Below, piece by piece: positions 14,401-29,400 of a stretch of 64,000 nucleotides of DNA. Source of the DNA: Mizuhopecten yessoensis (Eukaryota); assembly GCF_002113885.1 (NCBI RefSeq), contig NW_018408539.1, positions 239,183 through 303,182 of the forward strand, in the 5' to 3' direction. The number at the start of each line of letters is the position of its first letter. The stretch's first letter is position 1. The notes beneath the pieces are model-generated. The model searched no databases and was not told where the DNA came from. It was given only the letters and a program-made list of their open reading frames with translations. Position numbers and translations under genes: made by a program.

Positions 14401-17400
14401 CATGAAAGTTGAACTCTCAAAACATTTAGCATTATTGATTCCTATTCGTTCAGTAATGTATAGATTGATAACCAAGTAGGTAGGTAACCTATCATTACAT
14501 TATCATAATATTGTAAAAGGGATTATATGAGCAGACAATTGATTGATAGGTAAATATACATTAAATTGACTTAACAGATCATTGCGAAGTCATGCTCAAA
14601 TGATCCATTTAACCCATAGCTGATCGATCTAATAATTGCTATTATGCTAAATAAGTCGCCAATATATAAATATAACAGAACAAATGCTGACTTGCCGTTG
14701 AACTTATCAGTTTAGCATAAATAACATTTATTTATTCCATTGTCTGTGTATTGTATATTGGAACGGCACTCCATAATTAATACAAAGCAAAATGAATACA
14801 AATATCTATACAACTGTTATTTAAAGTCATGCAAATGCTATAACATTTCAAAACTTAACATTAAAGTGATGTACCGTAATAATTAAATGTCACATTCAAT
14901 TATTTATGATCACATCTAAGGAAAGCAACATCTATAATTCTAAAGCATTCGGAATAGATGTATGGTAATTGTTGTGCTGGACGTGATGTATGTTCTTTGC
15001 CGTGATACTAATTGTCTGTAGGGTTTGATGGTGTGACTAATGTATCACGAATACACACAACACAGACAGTGTCGTGTTAAAGGTTATATTTACATAGAAT
15101 TAATACTCTTCAGAGGTTAACCAGGTCCTAATCTGATAAACACTTTTATTCATCAAACCACCTTATTAATACGCCATTGGATTGATTAAACTGCTAAAAA
15201 TCGTGTTTCCTCGTTCCATTGCTTAAATACAGAATTCAGTAGTCAGGAGGATATTGCACACTTTCAATTATTTGTTGATTCAGATAAATGAAAAAAAAAT
15301 ACTATTCTTGTGGTTTCGAGGATTGATGCGTCATACTTTCAACTATAAAACTATCGTCATTATTTTTCTGAACAATGCATACGGAACACAGGTAAAGGAA
15401 AAATAGGAAAACTTAAAACACGGCATCGGCATATAAGAAAAAAATCAGAACCCAAAATAGGTAGGGAAATATAACATGAACTGATGAGATATTATAACAA
15501 AAGTAAAAACATCATTAACCTGCACATAACACGTTTCTTACATATTCTTGACAACCCTTATGCTGAAATCTGTCGTCAAAATTAGGCGTAGGTCACATAC
15601 CTTGTATTATTACCAGTGATTAAATTTCTTGTTTAGTTCGTATGCTCAAACAGAAAGTCTACTACCTAAATATATACCAAATCACTATGGTAACATGACC
15701 ACCAACCCGTCATATAATCGTCAGAAAATGCGTAGGCGTTCAATCCCTTCACAAATATGATAAACTGGAGTTATTGTTCTAGCTTGACCTTTAGGTATAA
15801 GATATATGACTTATGTCTGGTCAAATAAAGTGCAAACGATCAAGACCTTTACCGATTGTATACCCTTGGATAAAGTAATGGTCAGACATCAACTTTCTGA
15901 CACATGCTTTACCTAGAAATATCGACGTCAACAATTAAACAATCAAAACCGAATTTTTTTGTTTAGTAATGTAAACAATCTATTCGAAAGTAAACAGTGT
16001 CAACATAAAACGACATAATGAGAGCTCGAAGGACAGCAGAAGGTGACAGCACATATTGTTTAAATATGCTTGTTACATTTACCTGTTTAGCAAAACCAAA
16101 TTACAAATGTGAATCTATTTCTTGTTTACATATGTCTACATATTTAGATTATTAAATGCTCAATAATAAAATCAATGTGGAATGTGTGTGATTTTCAGTA
16201 TTAATACGAAGCTGTTTGGGAAAAAATAAACAAAAGCAACCGTACGCGTAAATGTACTCTTTATCTACGCTACAAATAAGAAATATATATTCGTTCTTGA
16301 TGTAGTATCAAATCTGCTTTTGATGATGATGAAAACATCTACTTTTGATGATGATGTTGTTTACATAAATCTACTTTTGATGATGATGTAAACATCTACT
16401 TTTGCTGATGGTGTAAACCTCTACTATTGAAAAACACACTGAAATACACATACTAGGATCGACCTTAATTATAATCAAACTTATCTGCGAAAACTAACTT
16501 CGGTCGCAAGCATGCCCGTTGGTGACGTAGTTGATAGCACACTCACTTTTCACCAAGGCACATGAGTTTGATAACTCTATCGGACGTAAACATACATGGG
16601 GTCGCTTGCCCGACCGCGTGGGTTTTCTCTGGGTACTCCGGTTTCCTCCCATTTTAAGACTCCCTGCGCGCTACCACCTGGGCCAAAAAGAGTTGTTTAT
16701 ATGAGATGTTATAAGTTGTTTCATAATTGTTGCTAAAAATAAATAAAGTTCATACGTTACCCGTAATTGTAGACACAGACTAGCGTATTACAACGTTAGA
16801 GATGACTTGAACACTCTTTTAGATCGTTCGTCTGATTTTTCAAGATTTATAAGTCTTCATCCTGAAATGAAACCTTCAATGATCTGGTCCTTTTTGTAGT
16901 GTCATCTTTCTTTTATTCGAACTTACAAAACTGTTTACGAAATGTAGATTGCTCCATCTGATTGTACATTCAAAGACGCAGTCGACCATTGTGTGTTAGA
17001 CTGCTACGAGTTAGCAGATTGGCGAGATACTCATTCTACGAATTTTGTAAAAAGGAAATACCCCGTGAATGTTTCTGTGTCTTTCGACCAGGAATACCAG
17101 GTGTCTGCTCTGCTTGGTGCTCCAATCGCTGCCATTTGTGGGGATGCCTTTAATGACGATGTTAAATAGCTCACTTTATTGATTAAGTATTGCCTTATAT
17201 TTTCCGCTAAGGCAATCACTATAACTTTCCAGTAAATGACAGCTAATTGTATATTAACTGGTCTAATCCTTTTTCAAACTATGATCATGGAATTATAATT
17301 ATATCAATTGAATTTCAATATACGTTTGCACCAATTTTCTTTTCATTTTTCATGTCACTTGCACTAACTGTTGTCCGTTCATTAGTTCTGAGGAAATAAA

Positions 17401-20400
17401 GATATGCTGACCTGTGTTTCTTCACATGTGAAAATCTAAGAATATTGAGGTTTGTTTGTTGTCTGTAGTGTCATTTTATGATCGAGTGAATATGTTGGAC
17501 ATTTATTTGAGTGCGAGTAGCATACATGTATTTGAATGCATGTATTCGACGATGAATCATATTTTATGTAGGATTGCTTGTATAGTTTGTACAGATAGAG
17601 TGGATATAATACATACGGATATGTTAAACAGTGTATAAGCAAACACTAACACAACACACATAGGTTAATTTCTTTTCACATATGCAAAAATATATGCAAT
17701 AATCACATCATAAAAGCTAAAACAATCTAGAAAAAAGGTGCTTCTATTGGCACATAATTCGTTAACCTAAATAATAGTATACATATCAGAATAACTTTCC
17801 ATTAACGTTAATTTCTTCAAATATTAAAACAAAAATCCCGAAACAAGAATATCATATTAACTTTCATCTGGCAATGTCAGGAAACAGTGACAAGGCTAAA
17901 CACCTCTTATCTTGTGGTTCTGTCCAGTAGTTTTTATGGAGATGGTTTTACTTACTCCTCCGCGTCCGGTTCTCACCTCCTGTCACTGAGCTAATATAAA
18001 TCATGCATGCTGTCTATTCTGGCACCATACCGTGTTATCGCGAGTATTAACGTCACTACCGGAACACTTTCATGACGGATAGGTCACTAAGCATACATGT
18101 CACTCCAATTTTCAATTGAAATGAAACAAAAAATTGTTTTTTTTGCAGTTATAATTTTTTGTCTACTACATATTGTAGGTCAAGATTAATGTTAAAATGC
18201 ATGTGTTAACACAGAAATTGTTATCGGTGACACATCGTTCGTACGGCTAGTCGACTGGCGTACTTTTATCTGTTATTGTTACCCAGACACTGTTTTGCGT
18301 ACCAATAACTTATCAACATTAACAAATAAATGTTTTTTGTCATTTCAGTCCTTAACGGACGAAATAATGATAATAATAATATACCACATTTGATATAGCG
18401 GCCTTTCTATCTAACATAGCCGTTTGATATTATTAATGATAACATATTTTGCATTTTTGTTTTGAATCAAAAGAAATTGTATAGGGGCCATTTCCTAATA
18501 ACGTATTTCTGGTGATAATTTAGAGCATTTCAATTAAATCCTGGAGCAATGAGTCCGTAGTAGGGAAATTTGGGAATTTTCACTTTTTATTCTATTTACA
18601 ATACAGAATAATGTTTCAAGGTGTTAATGTAAATCAGAGACCTACGATGATTGTGTTATGCTGATTCGGATCAAACAATCCTTCATAGTTCCGCCATAAT
18701 GTCTGCGGGTCAAAATATTTCGATGTCAACTTGATTCCTGTTTATTGGGATCTGATTTGATTTGAGTGTATTTGGGTACCTAATCATACTCTAACAGTAG
18801 TAAGTATTTAAATACAACAACATATGTATGCTACTTTGATACCTCTTGGCGTTCTGTTTGTATTTTCAAAGTATCGTTTTGTGTTGACACTAGAGTTTGT
18901 AGTTTTAACTTTTACACGTTTTCTATTGGCCAAGCTCTGTTTTTTCAATCATACAAATACGTATATCCCTCACATATTCACATAAGTAAACTGACCAGCG
19001 GTCATTTATGCAGGGAGTTGCCATTTAAAGTACAGTCACCAACAGATACATACGGATTAGGCAACCTTCAGGCCAAAGAAAATATAAACATGTATAGTAA
19101 GAACGCATGTGGACACAGTTTATGGACATGATTTGCCATAATTAAACAAACATGTTCCCCACAGCTAATCGGCAGGTGCATGCAGACCAACGCATGTCTT
19201 AAAGCGTTAACTAAATAACACCTGAAATATCTATTTTACCTTTAAAAGTACACTTTATTTCGTATGTATTTTTCACAAGAATAAGATACATTAACAGACA
19301 GTTACATATAGTTTCTTTATTTTTCTTATCAAAGACATGTTCACGTGTGATACTGCTCCTATCAATCCATCTCTAAGGCGTGGATAGACTGACCACACAT
19401 AACAACCATGGTCTATGAGGAGGGCACATACTTATTACTTTACCAGGAAAACCAAACCTTATGATGCCCTTAGCACTCAGCCAGATAGCCATGTCTTTGT
19501 AGTGATTATATGCATTAGTTTCTTTGTAAACAAACATATTTCAATCAAATATATTACCACTCCGGATGATGAGGTTGTAAAGGTTAGGGTTAGGGTTAGG
19601 GTTAGGGAACCAACATGTGTGTGACACTTCGCTGTTAAAGTAAATAGTGACTGGCCTATCACGTAATTATTCATCGCAGTGGACTTCCTCATGAGCTCTC
19701 CTATTTGATGTCCTGCTTTTTAAATTTAACGTCCGTATAGGGTCTGTTACATGTAACATTATTCCGTGATATTTTGTCTGACATCGGTCGTGTCGTTGCT
19801 ATTTTATTTTTGTAATATGATCCTAAGGTGACCAGATCGACACATAGATATAAAACTGCACTTTAGTATTTAAAGTCAACTCGAGTCTTTTAATTCACCA
19901 AGTTCATCTTGTGTACTTTGGTGTTGACGCTATGGCAAATATGACTCTATCTAAAATGCTCAAACCTTGTTTCGCGACTACACTTGTTTGTGTGTTGTGA
20001 TCATCTAACGTTTTATAGTACCTGCAAGTGGTATGATTACCACAGAATAAGGTGCTTGACGATAATTCGCAGCACTGAAACTGTTGACAACGGATTTTCT
20101 CCGAATAAATACAACAGATGATACTTCTATCAGAATTTTTCAGATCTCTTTTAATCCAGATTTCCACTAACTAACAATTAAAATTGCTCTTCCTTAGCAG
20201 TGTCTTTTTAGCCTTTCCTTCTTTTTTGATCTATATGCCAGTGGACTTCTTCCATTGCGTGTTCTAAGTATCAGTATTTTCATAATTAATTTTGTTGTCT
20301 AATACATTATCGTGTTACGACCTTCTACCTGCCAAGCTACGTTTAAGTATTGCTGCGGTCGTCACCATGACCTAATTTCCCCTTATATTATCACAGTGTC

Positions 20401-23400
20401 TACGATGATTAAAGACATGTTTATGCCTAAGTTCGTTTGTGGCCTACATACGTTTCTGGATTTGACAGGACACATTGTGACTGATACAAAGAATGAGTAC
20501 TTGGTTCGCCTCTGGTATTATAGTCAGTTCATTGTGTGATTTGTGTTGTTGTTATGTCGCCTCAGCTCCTTTTACTGTATTTTTTGGCAACTTCGGAGGT
20601 TCATAGTATATTCATGTTGCTTCAATTATTATCTTTTCAGTTCCTGATTGATTCTTTCTGGCATTCATGTTGGCTTATTGTGTATTCTGTGCTGTTTGAT
20701 TGTATCCTAAGTTTATTTTTTCTCTGGTATCTATGGCGTTAGGCGATTCATGTATATTTCTGTTGTATTATTGGAATCTCGGTTCAGTTTCCGTTGGGTT
20801 TCTGTGGAAGTTTTAGTCAGCTCAAAGTGTATATCATCATGTACTCCTGTCTTTTCTATTCCCATCGGACTTAAATAATATTTCTGGAACTTCGTGGTGC
20901 ATAGTGTATCGCCATTGTATTTAGATTATGGACTCATGTACATATAAATCAACAAAATAGATAAATGGCCATGTAACTAATCAAATGACTCCCCAGTAAT
21001 CTGAAACTTCATTTTATATTGAAGCAAAAGACGCCTACTCTTCTGAAACACGTGGTCTTAATATCCTTGTACTGTTTCAATGATCTCCGTTTAAAATGTG
21101 CCTTTCTTAATATTTGTCGTAGTTTTATCGATGTTGAGTTAAAACTATGGTTTTTGTTGACATAACGGTATTATCTTATTGTTTGTTGTACATTTTCCCT
21201 ACAATGAGCTCTCCCTACATTTCGTTATATCGTAAGTATTTAATATTTTTATTATTATTAAAGGTGGCCGAACGGTGAGCATCTTAGGAAGGCGAATGGT
21301 TAACATTGTCGAATCCTCTAATCGTATCAATGAGTACAATAATGACTTAAAGGAGGAGAACAGCGATTACATCGTAGAAGTCCTTATCATGATCGACTAC
21401 AGTCTCTACAAAAAGTATGTATACAACTAAACCGGTCTTATTCTTACAGAAAATATGTCGCAAACTTTCATACGCTTAACAAAACTTACATTACTATTTA
21501 CTGTATCACTAATTAAAAAGGTCTTAAAGCTTTATACCACTTATTGCATTATTTCGACACTTTATTTGCTAGTCTTCCTGATCCTGATGCAGAAACAACT
21601 TGTTTGTGTAACTGGATTTGAAAGAGATGTGTCAGGGTTGCCTCCCTTTGTGCGGATGACAATTTCAGTTAAATTCACTTATCTACTGATGAAAAAAAGT
21701 GCAGGGAAGAAATATTCATGTGTGAAAAATAATTCCTTCACGAATTTTTCGATGTAACCAGGCCAATATATGTATGTTCCTTTAGGTATAATTTCGCACT
21801 AATGCAATAAACAGTTACAATTTCCATTGAAGTAATGTAAATCACCCTTTTGTTATGATACAGATAAATACCTTAGCAGCACAATATAACACGACACAGA
21901 TAATAATAGCAACATAGATAATCTTAACGAGAACATTGTTCAGTGTCGATCTGCTTGCTTTAACAGGGGTTGTGTAAAACATACCGCTAGTGCTATAAGA
22001 ATTATACCACTGATACAATGATAACTACGTCAACGGTATACGTAGAAATAAAACATTCATTTTTCTAAACCGAAATAAAAAGCGTAAGCATACGACATTC
22101 AGTATTGTTTATTGTAAATCAAAATATAAGTCTTAACACTTTTGCAAATTAAGACTTTCTCGTGGTTCAAATGTCCAATGGTCACATGTGTTTGATTGTA
22201 GATTTTTAGACAAGGCAAATGGACAGGACGGCGAGGCTTTGACTCAACTCCGCTACTACTTCGCTCATATAGTTAATGGCGTAAGTATCCGATAAGTTAC
22301 TTTATTAAACATGGCAATTCAATTGTTTTATGTTGATTTTTAAACGATTTGTGAAACTGCAACTTGCCTGAATTTTATAGTAACATTGAATACTAAAGTT
22401 CGTGTCTCCCCGTCGTTCGACACGACCTAAGGTTTGTTACAGCATGTATATCCATGTCAATCGCATAACTATTTTCGTATCTTTACTGAAAAAAAATGTA
22501 ACTATAAATAAAGGAATAAACGTTATTCTAATGAAGTTATCTCCCTTTGTCTTAACAAACATTACGATTACTGATTTTTTTCCCTATTACAGATGGATCT
22601 TCGATATTCCTCAATAAATAATACAGACTTCCGAGTGTCTATAAGATTGGCAGGATTTTTTGTTGCTAAAGTGAGTACTCGCTGCTACATTATTTTCCAA
22701 ATGGTTAAAGTTTTGTCTAGTCTTAGACGGTGCTTTAGTCGTTCATCGCAGACAGCAAATAACTGGTGTTTAGTATGTTAGGTGATAACAACATTTAGAG
22801 TACAAAAACTACACTTGCATGAACTAAAATTACTTAATTGAAAGTAATTGTGCGGACATTTTGTCTCTCTTCATGCTTATGCTCCTTTTTACATAATACT
22901 TGGACAATGCTTAATTGGATTAAACAATTGCAGTTATATATTTAATATATAACTATATATGACTAATTTCAGAACAGAACAGACCTGCCTTTTGTACTGA
23001 CCTTCCGTCAGGGAGGGGATATCAGGTCAAAGGTCGACGGGAGTGCTACACTTCTTGGATTGACCAACTTTCTGAAAGGAAAGCCGAACCTACCCCACCA
23101 TGATCATGCTATGTTATTCACAGAGTAAGTAGTACACCAGGCAGTTTCACTCACAAAGGACGTTTTAATGTATGTCGTTTTACTCATAGAGATAGACATC
23201 AGGCATGCGCAATGCTTCTCACAGATGTAGTAAGTTACATATGCCATGACATTCACAAAGACGTAAGTAATTACGCTCAATTACGAGGAACACTATATAT
23301 ACATCAACTCATTTGTTACTGTATTTTATTATCGTTTTTGGATATTTCGGAAATTCAATTTATTATAATTTCCAATTTTCTTTTATTAATATTGATTTGT

Positions 23401-26400
23401 ACTTACCAAGTAGAATTACACACACATTCAAATGATAAAGTAAGAGAGAGGATGAATATAAAAGACAGTTGTATGGGAAGCTTCCCATTTATTGCATTGA
23501 TGGTTTCTTTATTAGCACTTATAAGGTTGTGTTTTTCCCCCGCAGGCATGATGCAACAAATGGGCGAGGTCACATACTTGGTGAGATATAATTAAGTCTT
23601 CATATATGTTTATATTTTTTTTGTAAGTTGGGTAAAAGAAACAGATATCATGTTTTAGTTATTAATAATAACTTCTTTACGCCGAAATATTTGACTTTGT
23701 TTAGTGTTTGTTTTTAATTAAGAAATAATATTGCAGCAAAATGTAGGATACAGCACAATGCTTCAAACTTACTCTTTGACCTTAAACAGACTTGCTTAAA
23801 ACCTCGATAGATACTCGAGAATTTGAATGTATATCTATTTCCTTCAGAACTAGAAATTAACTGCCGGATTTGCAAATACATTATTAACGTATTTTGATAT
23901 ATAACTGTCCAGTCTCTAAATTATATATAACTGTTTTCTTCCCTCCAGGTACCAGCTACCTCAGTGGTATCTGTACGCCTATGAGTACCTCTGTCATAGT
24001 GGATCATGGCTCCTATAACTCCGCCGGCATTGCAGCGCACGAGCTCGGGCATAAGTAAGCTAAATGAGTAGGGATATAACATTTGTTTAGAGATTTGTTT
24101 TATATGGTTTTACGTTCTATCAATAAAAAATGTCATTTAAGAACGCTTTGCTGAGAGGAGAGGAAGAAGTCTCTAGCCATACAGACAGAGTAGTTTGGTA
24201 TTTAACGATGTTTTCCCGTATGTTTTTGTGTCGCCTCGATTTGATTTTGACGTTCCTCGAGTGTTAAAACTGTTGTGTTGTTTTCTCTTTACATTATGTG
24301 CTAATGTTTAGAGATGTCACAAGTCACAGTTTTATCGTTGATGTATCTTGAGTGCAGGGCATATGCCTTATAATTCGAGATGAATAGGTTTAAAGCAGAA
24401 GGTCGTTACCAAAGCATGCAGTCATTTGTTATAAAAGTCGCGCTCATAAGAGTACAAGATGTTTGTTATATTATCTATAATTTGACAATAACTGTCCGCC
24501 CCTCTCCATGATATGACGTTCATTAAACATGTTGCTTGCTAACGATGATGTTATTATACTGCAAAGGTCCTTGTAATGAAATATATCACTGCAAAACAAA
24601 AGACAACACAAGAATGATCCCCTATACATTATTTATGAATATTGAATAACAATTTACAAAATTCTAGTTCATTTAATTTGAATGTGTGTTTTCCAATCCA
24701 TAAATTCAAATTTATTATTGCGTTTTCTCTTTAATCAACCAAACTTTGACTAATCTGGTGTAATTAAAGAAGAATCAGGCACAGAAGTGATGCAAAACAA
24801 AAATTGATGCCTAGGAAAACACTTTTTTGTACATTTCTATGCAAACAACCTTTTAAATAACAGACGACAGAATATAGTTATTTAATATCTAAACGACTTA
24901 CTTCTCCAGGACTTTGGTTTCAGATGAAATATTTTGTTCGGTATGCATTGTGCTTTCATGGCTAAATTTCGCTTAAGTTTAGTACTAATTAACAAATAAA
25001 TAGAATTATCTTGATGGTGTTCCTTGTGATATATACTCCCTTTGAGTAAATTGAAGTGATTTGGTCTATTTCCAGACTTCTGTGATTGAATGTTAATTTA
25101 AAACTAGATTGCATTTGTGAAATTGGAATAGTTTATTTTTTGCTAGAATTCCATTACATGTTTTAGTTATATTCCTTGTTCAGGACAGGCGATGGCGCCA
25201 GTAATCAAATTTATCAGATCCGTACTGATTACAAATGTAAAGGAGCGATAAAACGGTTGTTATTGGAGATTTTTATACTCTATACAAATAGTTAACAAAG
25301 ATGTAGTAGAATCAATAAGAAAAAGAGTTGCCAAATATGCAATTGATAACCATCATGTGGCACCTATTATTGTGTCTCCTGTTAAGTCATGTAAAGTACA
25401 CGTACGTCACCAATGATAAACTATGGTAATTAGTAGGCTAGAATGTGTGAAAGAAAGCTTAGCGCTCAAATACTAAAACAATGTCAGCGCTATGGTACAT
25501 CCACTTTTTTTCTAATTTTATCCCAATTCTTTTTTCAGTTTGGGTGTAATATACCATGACGGAGATTCTTCTTCTCTGACGTCACTTTGCCCAAAGGAAT
25601 TGAACTACATCATGGCGCCATCATCCGCTATTATAAACAGCAAAACAAAAGAATATAGTTTCAAATTTTCAGATTGTTCCATCAGACAGATTGAAAAACA
25701 AATGAAAAAACTTTCAAACAGGTAATATAAATGTTCTACAATTGTGATTTTCGGTGTTAATTTATATAAATACTGGAAGCTATAACACTTTCAATATAAA
25801 TGCAATAATATAAAAACAATTTCAGTTTTTTAGTCAACACGTCATTGAGAATTTTCATATTAAGCTTATAATATTTAAATATAAAGTTGGAAACTGAAAA
25901 ATTATATTAAATTAAACACCATTGTAGATATTCATTGATTATTACGTATGTTGAAGAACTAAATTTATTCTTATCTCCATTACACGAAAGGTAACATTTC
26001 TCATATGCAATGCTTAAAGGAAATGCAACGAAGCATTTCTTTGCTAAAAAATGAAAAAGATAAACAAGACGCAAACTGAGCAATATCATTGAAACATATA
26101 AATGAATAAGCGCTGATTATTTAAACTTATACTGCTGTTTCAGGAACCGGAACTGTTTGGCGGAGGACACAGGGCCGTCATTGGCTACGATAGTTGTGAA
26201 ACCTTATCTGATGATCCCTCCAGGCCAAATAGAAGATGTACATAATCAGTGTAGAGATGTATATGGCAATTCATCCTTCATGTGTGTAAGTAAGCCACGC
26301 GTCACGTAATACAGATACTGGATTAAGTAACTCACAGGTCACGTGGTATATTTATGGGTAAACAAATCAAAGTGATTCTAAAAGTGAAGCCTGACATACA

Positions 26401-29400
26401 TATTCAAATACCAATCCTGTAAAATCGAAAGGAATTTCAAAAACACTAAATTGTTTACCGATTCTTGATATCATATTTAATTTTTTGAATAATTTGTCAA
26501 TAAAGGCATTTCAATATGGATTCATATTTTGACTTATGAACCTAGTACTTGCAGTTCGCAGACGTTTAGAAAATCAAATTGTACAGCAAAATATGAAGTA
26601 CATACTGTCATTTTAAATTTTGTAGTATTAAGGTTTTTGTTCATCGAATCTCGATTCCATATGGCCATGGACATGTTTCCAACTAAAGATTACATACCAT
26701 ACATATTCAACACAATTTGTTCAACAAAGACGTACCAAAGCTACATGTATTTCTTGTTTTGTTATATCATTATGCATGTACATGTCCTTAACAAATTGCT
26801 TGTTTTACAGCCGCCCTCCTCGACAGAGGAGATGTGTTATAAGATGTACTGCTATGATCCCAAACGGAAGATCTGTATCACAGCTAGCGAACAACGAGCG
26901 GCCATGGGGTCTTCTTGTGGAAATAAAAAGGTATTGCGTGTCCTAATTATAAATAATGAGTACCATATCCAGTAGGAAGCTTACTCTTGTTTTCTTTGTG
27001 TTATGCTGGTAGTGTATCAGGGTCATTATGGTATCAGTTGTATTGAAGTCTTCTCGGCGGCACTCGTTTTCTTTCTTCCCATGCTACGATTCCGGTTTTG
27101 TTCTTATGTGTTGATGACTTAATATGTGTTTAGTTTTACTATAAACGACATCGTTCGAGTCATTAGTATGTCATTATAAAATATGTTTAAAGTTACTGCC
27201 ATTTTTAACTCGTTTTATCTAAGCCTTTCCGCACTCGCCGTATTGCTTTATCTGGTACTTACTGCTGATTTGGGTTACTAACCTGTTGTAGTATGGCCAA
27301 TAATCTTTGTAACGAAGACGGTGCTAGTGATATTGTTGTTATAATGTCTCTTCAGTTCCTGTTGTTTTCTCATACCATGCCTTCAGCACACATACACACC
27401 TGCTCGCAAACATAACACACATGGAAGCACGTCCTTAAATGACATTATCTGTTGATATGACGTTAAACCCTATAAAAACAAACGCCGTTGTTTTTTTTTG
27501 TATCGTTTTGAGTTCCCAATGTTTTATTATACATTGAAGACAATGTACCTTTTGAATGCCGATTGTGATATTTTTTGGCATATTCTCTATTACAACAAAA
27601 TGTTACCATGCTATAACCTCAATCAAAAGCCACAGAGAAACAAATCTTCTCTGCAGAGAAATTTATGTTTACAGCACTTCTACTAACATCTTAAAAGCCT
27701 ACCCATTCAAATACACTTATTTTCTGTCAAATCGATTATTTCTGATAACATTTTGCCGTAAATCTGATATTGCGATTGTGTCATAACTTTGTTCTGTACT
27801 AATCATATCGAGGCACCTAAGGCTATTAGACATAGCGCTTAATGCCGTTCGAGGAATGATAAAGAAGACATGCAAATCTAGAGTGCTTAAAAGGACAAAG
27901 GCATTGCTTTGCAACTGTTATTGATGCATATTTCAAAACACTGACAGTAATGGCGAATGCTTAAAAGTTATGAAACAGCGGGAACTACTGGAAGGCATCA
28001 CTAATGTAAATGTAAAACAACGTTTTTATATTATTTATTTTACATAGATACATATTATGTTGACATGGTGTAGACAAGTAAAGCTTTTATCGGCAGCTTC
28101 TTGGTTTAAAATCCGCTTAACTATCCGCCGCAATTTGCTTCCGATATCGGAATTCGAATTCCTGCTTTTCTGCACATCAGTGCTCAACCCTTGCTAAACT
28201 TTCGAGAAATGAAGGCCAGATAAGATTTATGGCAATTGATCTCTTTTATCATTTGTATAAGGGTGGTTTAGTTTAGGTTCATATCTTAAATAATAGTGAC
28301 TTTTGATCAAGTATTGACTCACCAAGCCTTTTATCAGTAATTGTATACGATGGGCTAAATGAAACCTTCACGAATTAACTCAGCATCAACTTAAATGTGA
28401 AACCTCCTATCAGTTCATGACCTGCGGCCTAGGTATTCCTGTAACTAAGATTTTAACATTAACATACAGCCGGGTATGGGGGTCATTCAAAGGTTAATTT
28501 TGGATCACCTGCATTGTTATTGCAACAGTACTAAACAATAGACACTCGAAACATATCTTACGTTTACAATAAATTGCAACATGTCTGAATCACCAACAAT
28601 GTGATTGCAGTGTCCAACACGATTAAATACATTATAGTATATGTATAACCACCANGGGGGGAGTGTGTGTGTGTGTTACCTGTGGCGCAGAAAGGTAAAA
28701 TGAGCAGGAAAGACATTCATTCTAGGTTCATAGGTGCCTTTCCTATTGTTTTGTTACTTCTAAGAATATGTTTGTCGTCTGTTCAGAACTATTCTTCATT
28801 CAGATTTTGTACTTCGGAAATGTGTAGTACATTCGTACTCTTGTTTTCAACATACAACTGCCATTTGTACCTCTGGACCAAATATTTAGTTTTTAGATTT
28901 TATAGGCATTATATATTCCTAATATTTCGTGTATATTGTGTGGACTGCACAAACAACTAAAAGCAAAATATTTCATCGTCGTTTTTGTTGACTTTTGCAG
29001 TGGTGTAAACTTGGGAAATGCGTTTGGGATGACAAAGCACCGTCAGTTCCAGGTAAGTGCCATTGAAAAAGCAACTATTTTCAAATCGTTTTTCGAGTCC
29101 AAGAAACATATAGACATCGATATTCATGATTCCGATATTGATACGTAATGAAGAAGTCATTGGCTTTACAGAATCAACAAAATAAAGTGTGTTGTAAGGC
29201 AAAGTTACACTCTATATTTGCTTTTTTGTACTTAAAGTATTGTACATTATATCATAAGATCACGTCCCTGTATCTGTAATATGTTATCGTCATTATGTTA
29301 TTTGTTTCCGTACTCGACGATATGGACCAATAGGTGATATCAATATTATTTCATAGTATGGTTATAATTCTAATATGATATCATACTCATTGACAGCTGA

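Noticed and set aside
23198-23235. Echo of the exon end (…GCAATGCTTCTCACAGATGTAGTAAGT, 'AMLLTD') about 100 bp after the HAMLFT exon
   Set aside because: The similarity is too short to separate from chance, and there is no acceptor or frame support.
28650-28680. Abrupt G-run and GT repeat after an 'n'
   Set aside because: Likely a contig join or ambiguous base rather than a biological junction. Intron length here is uncertain.
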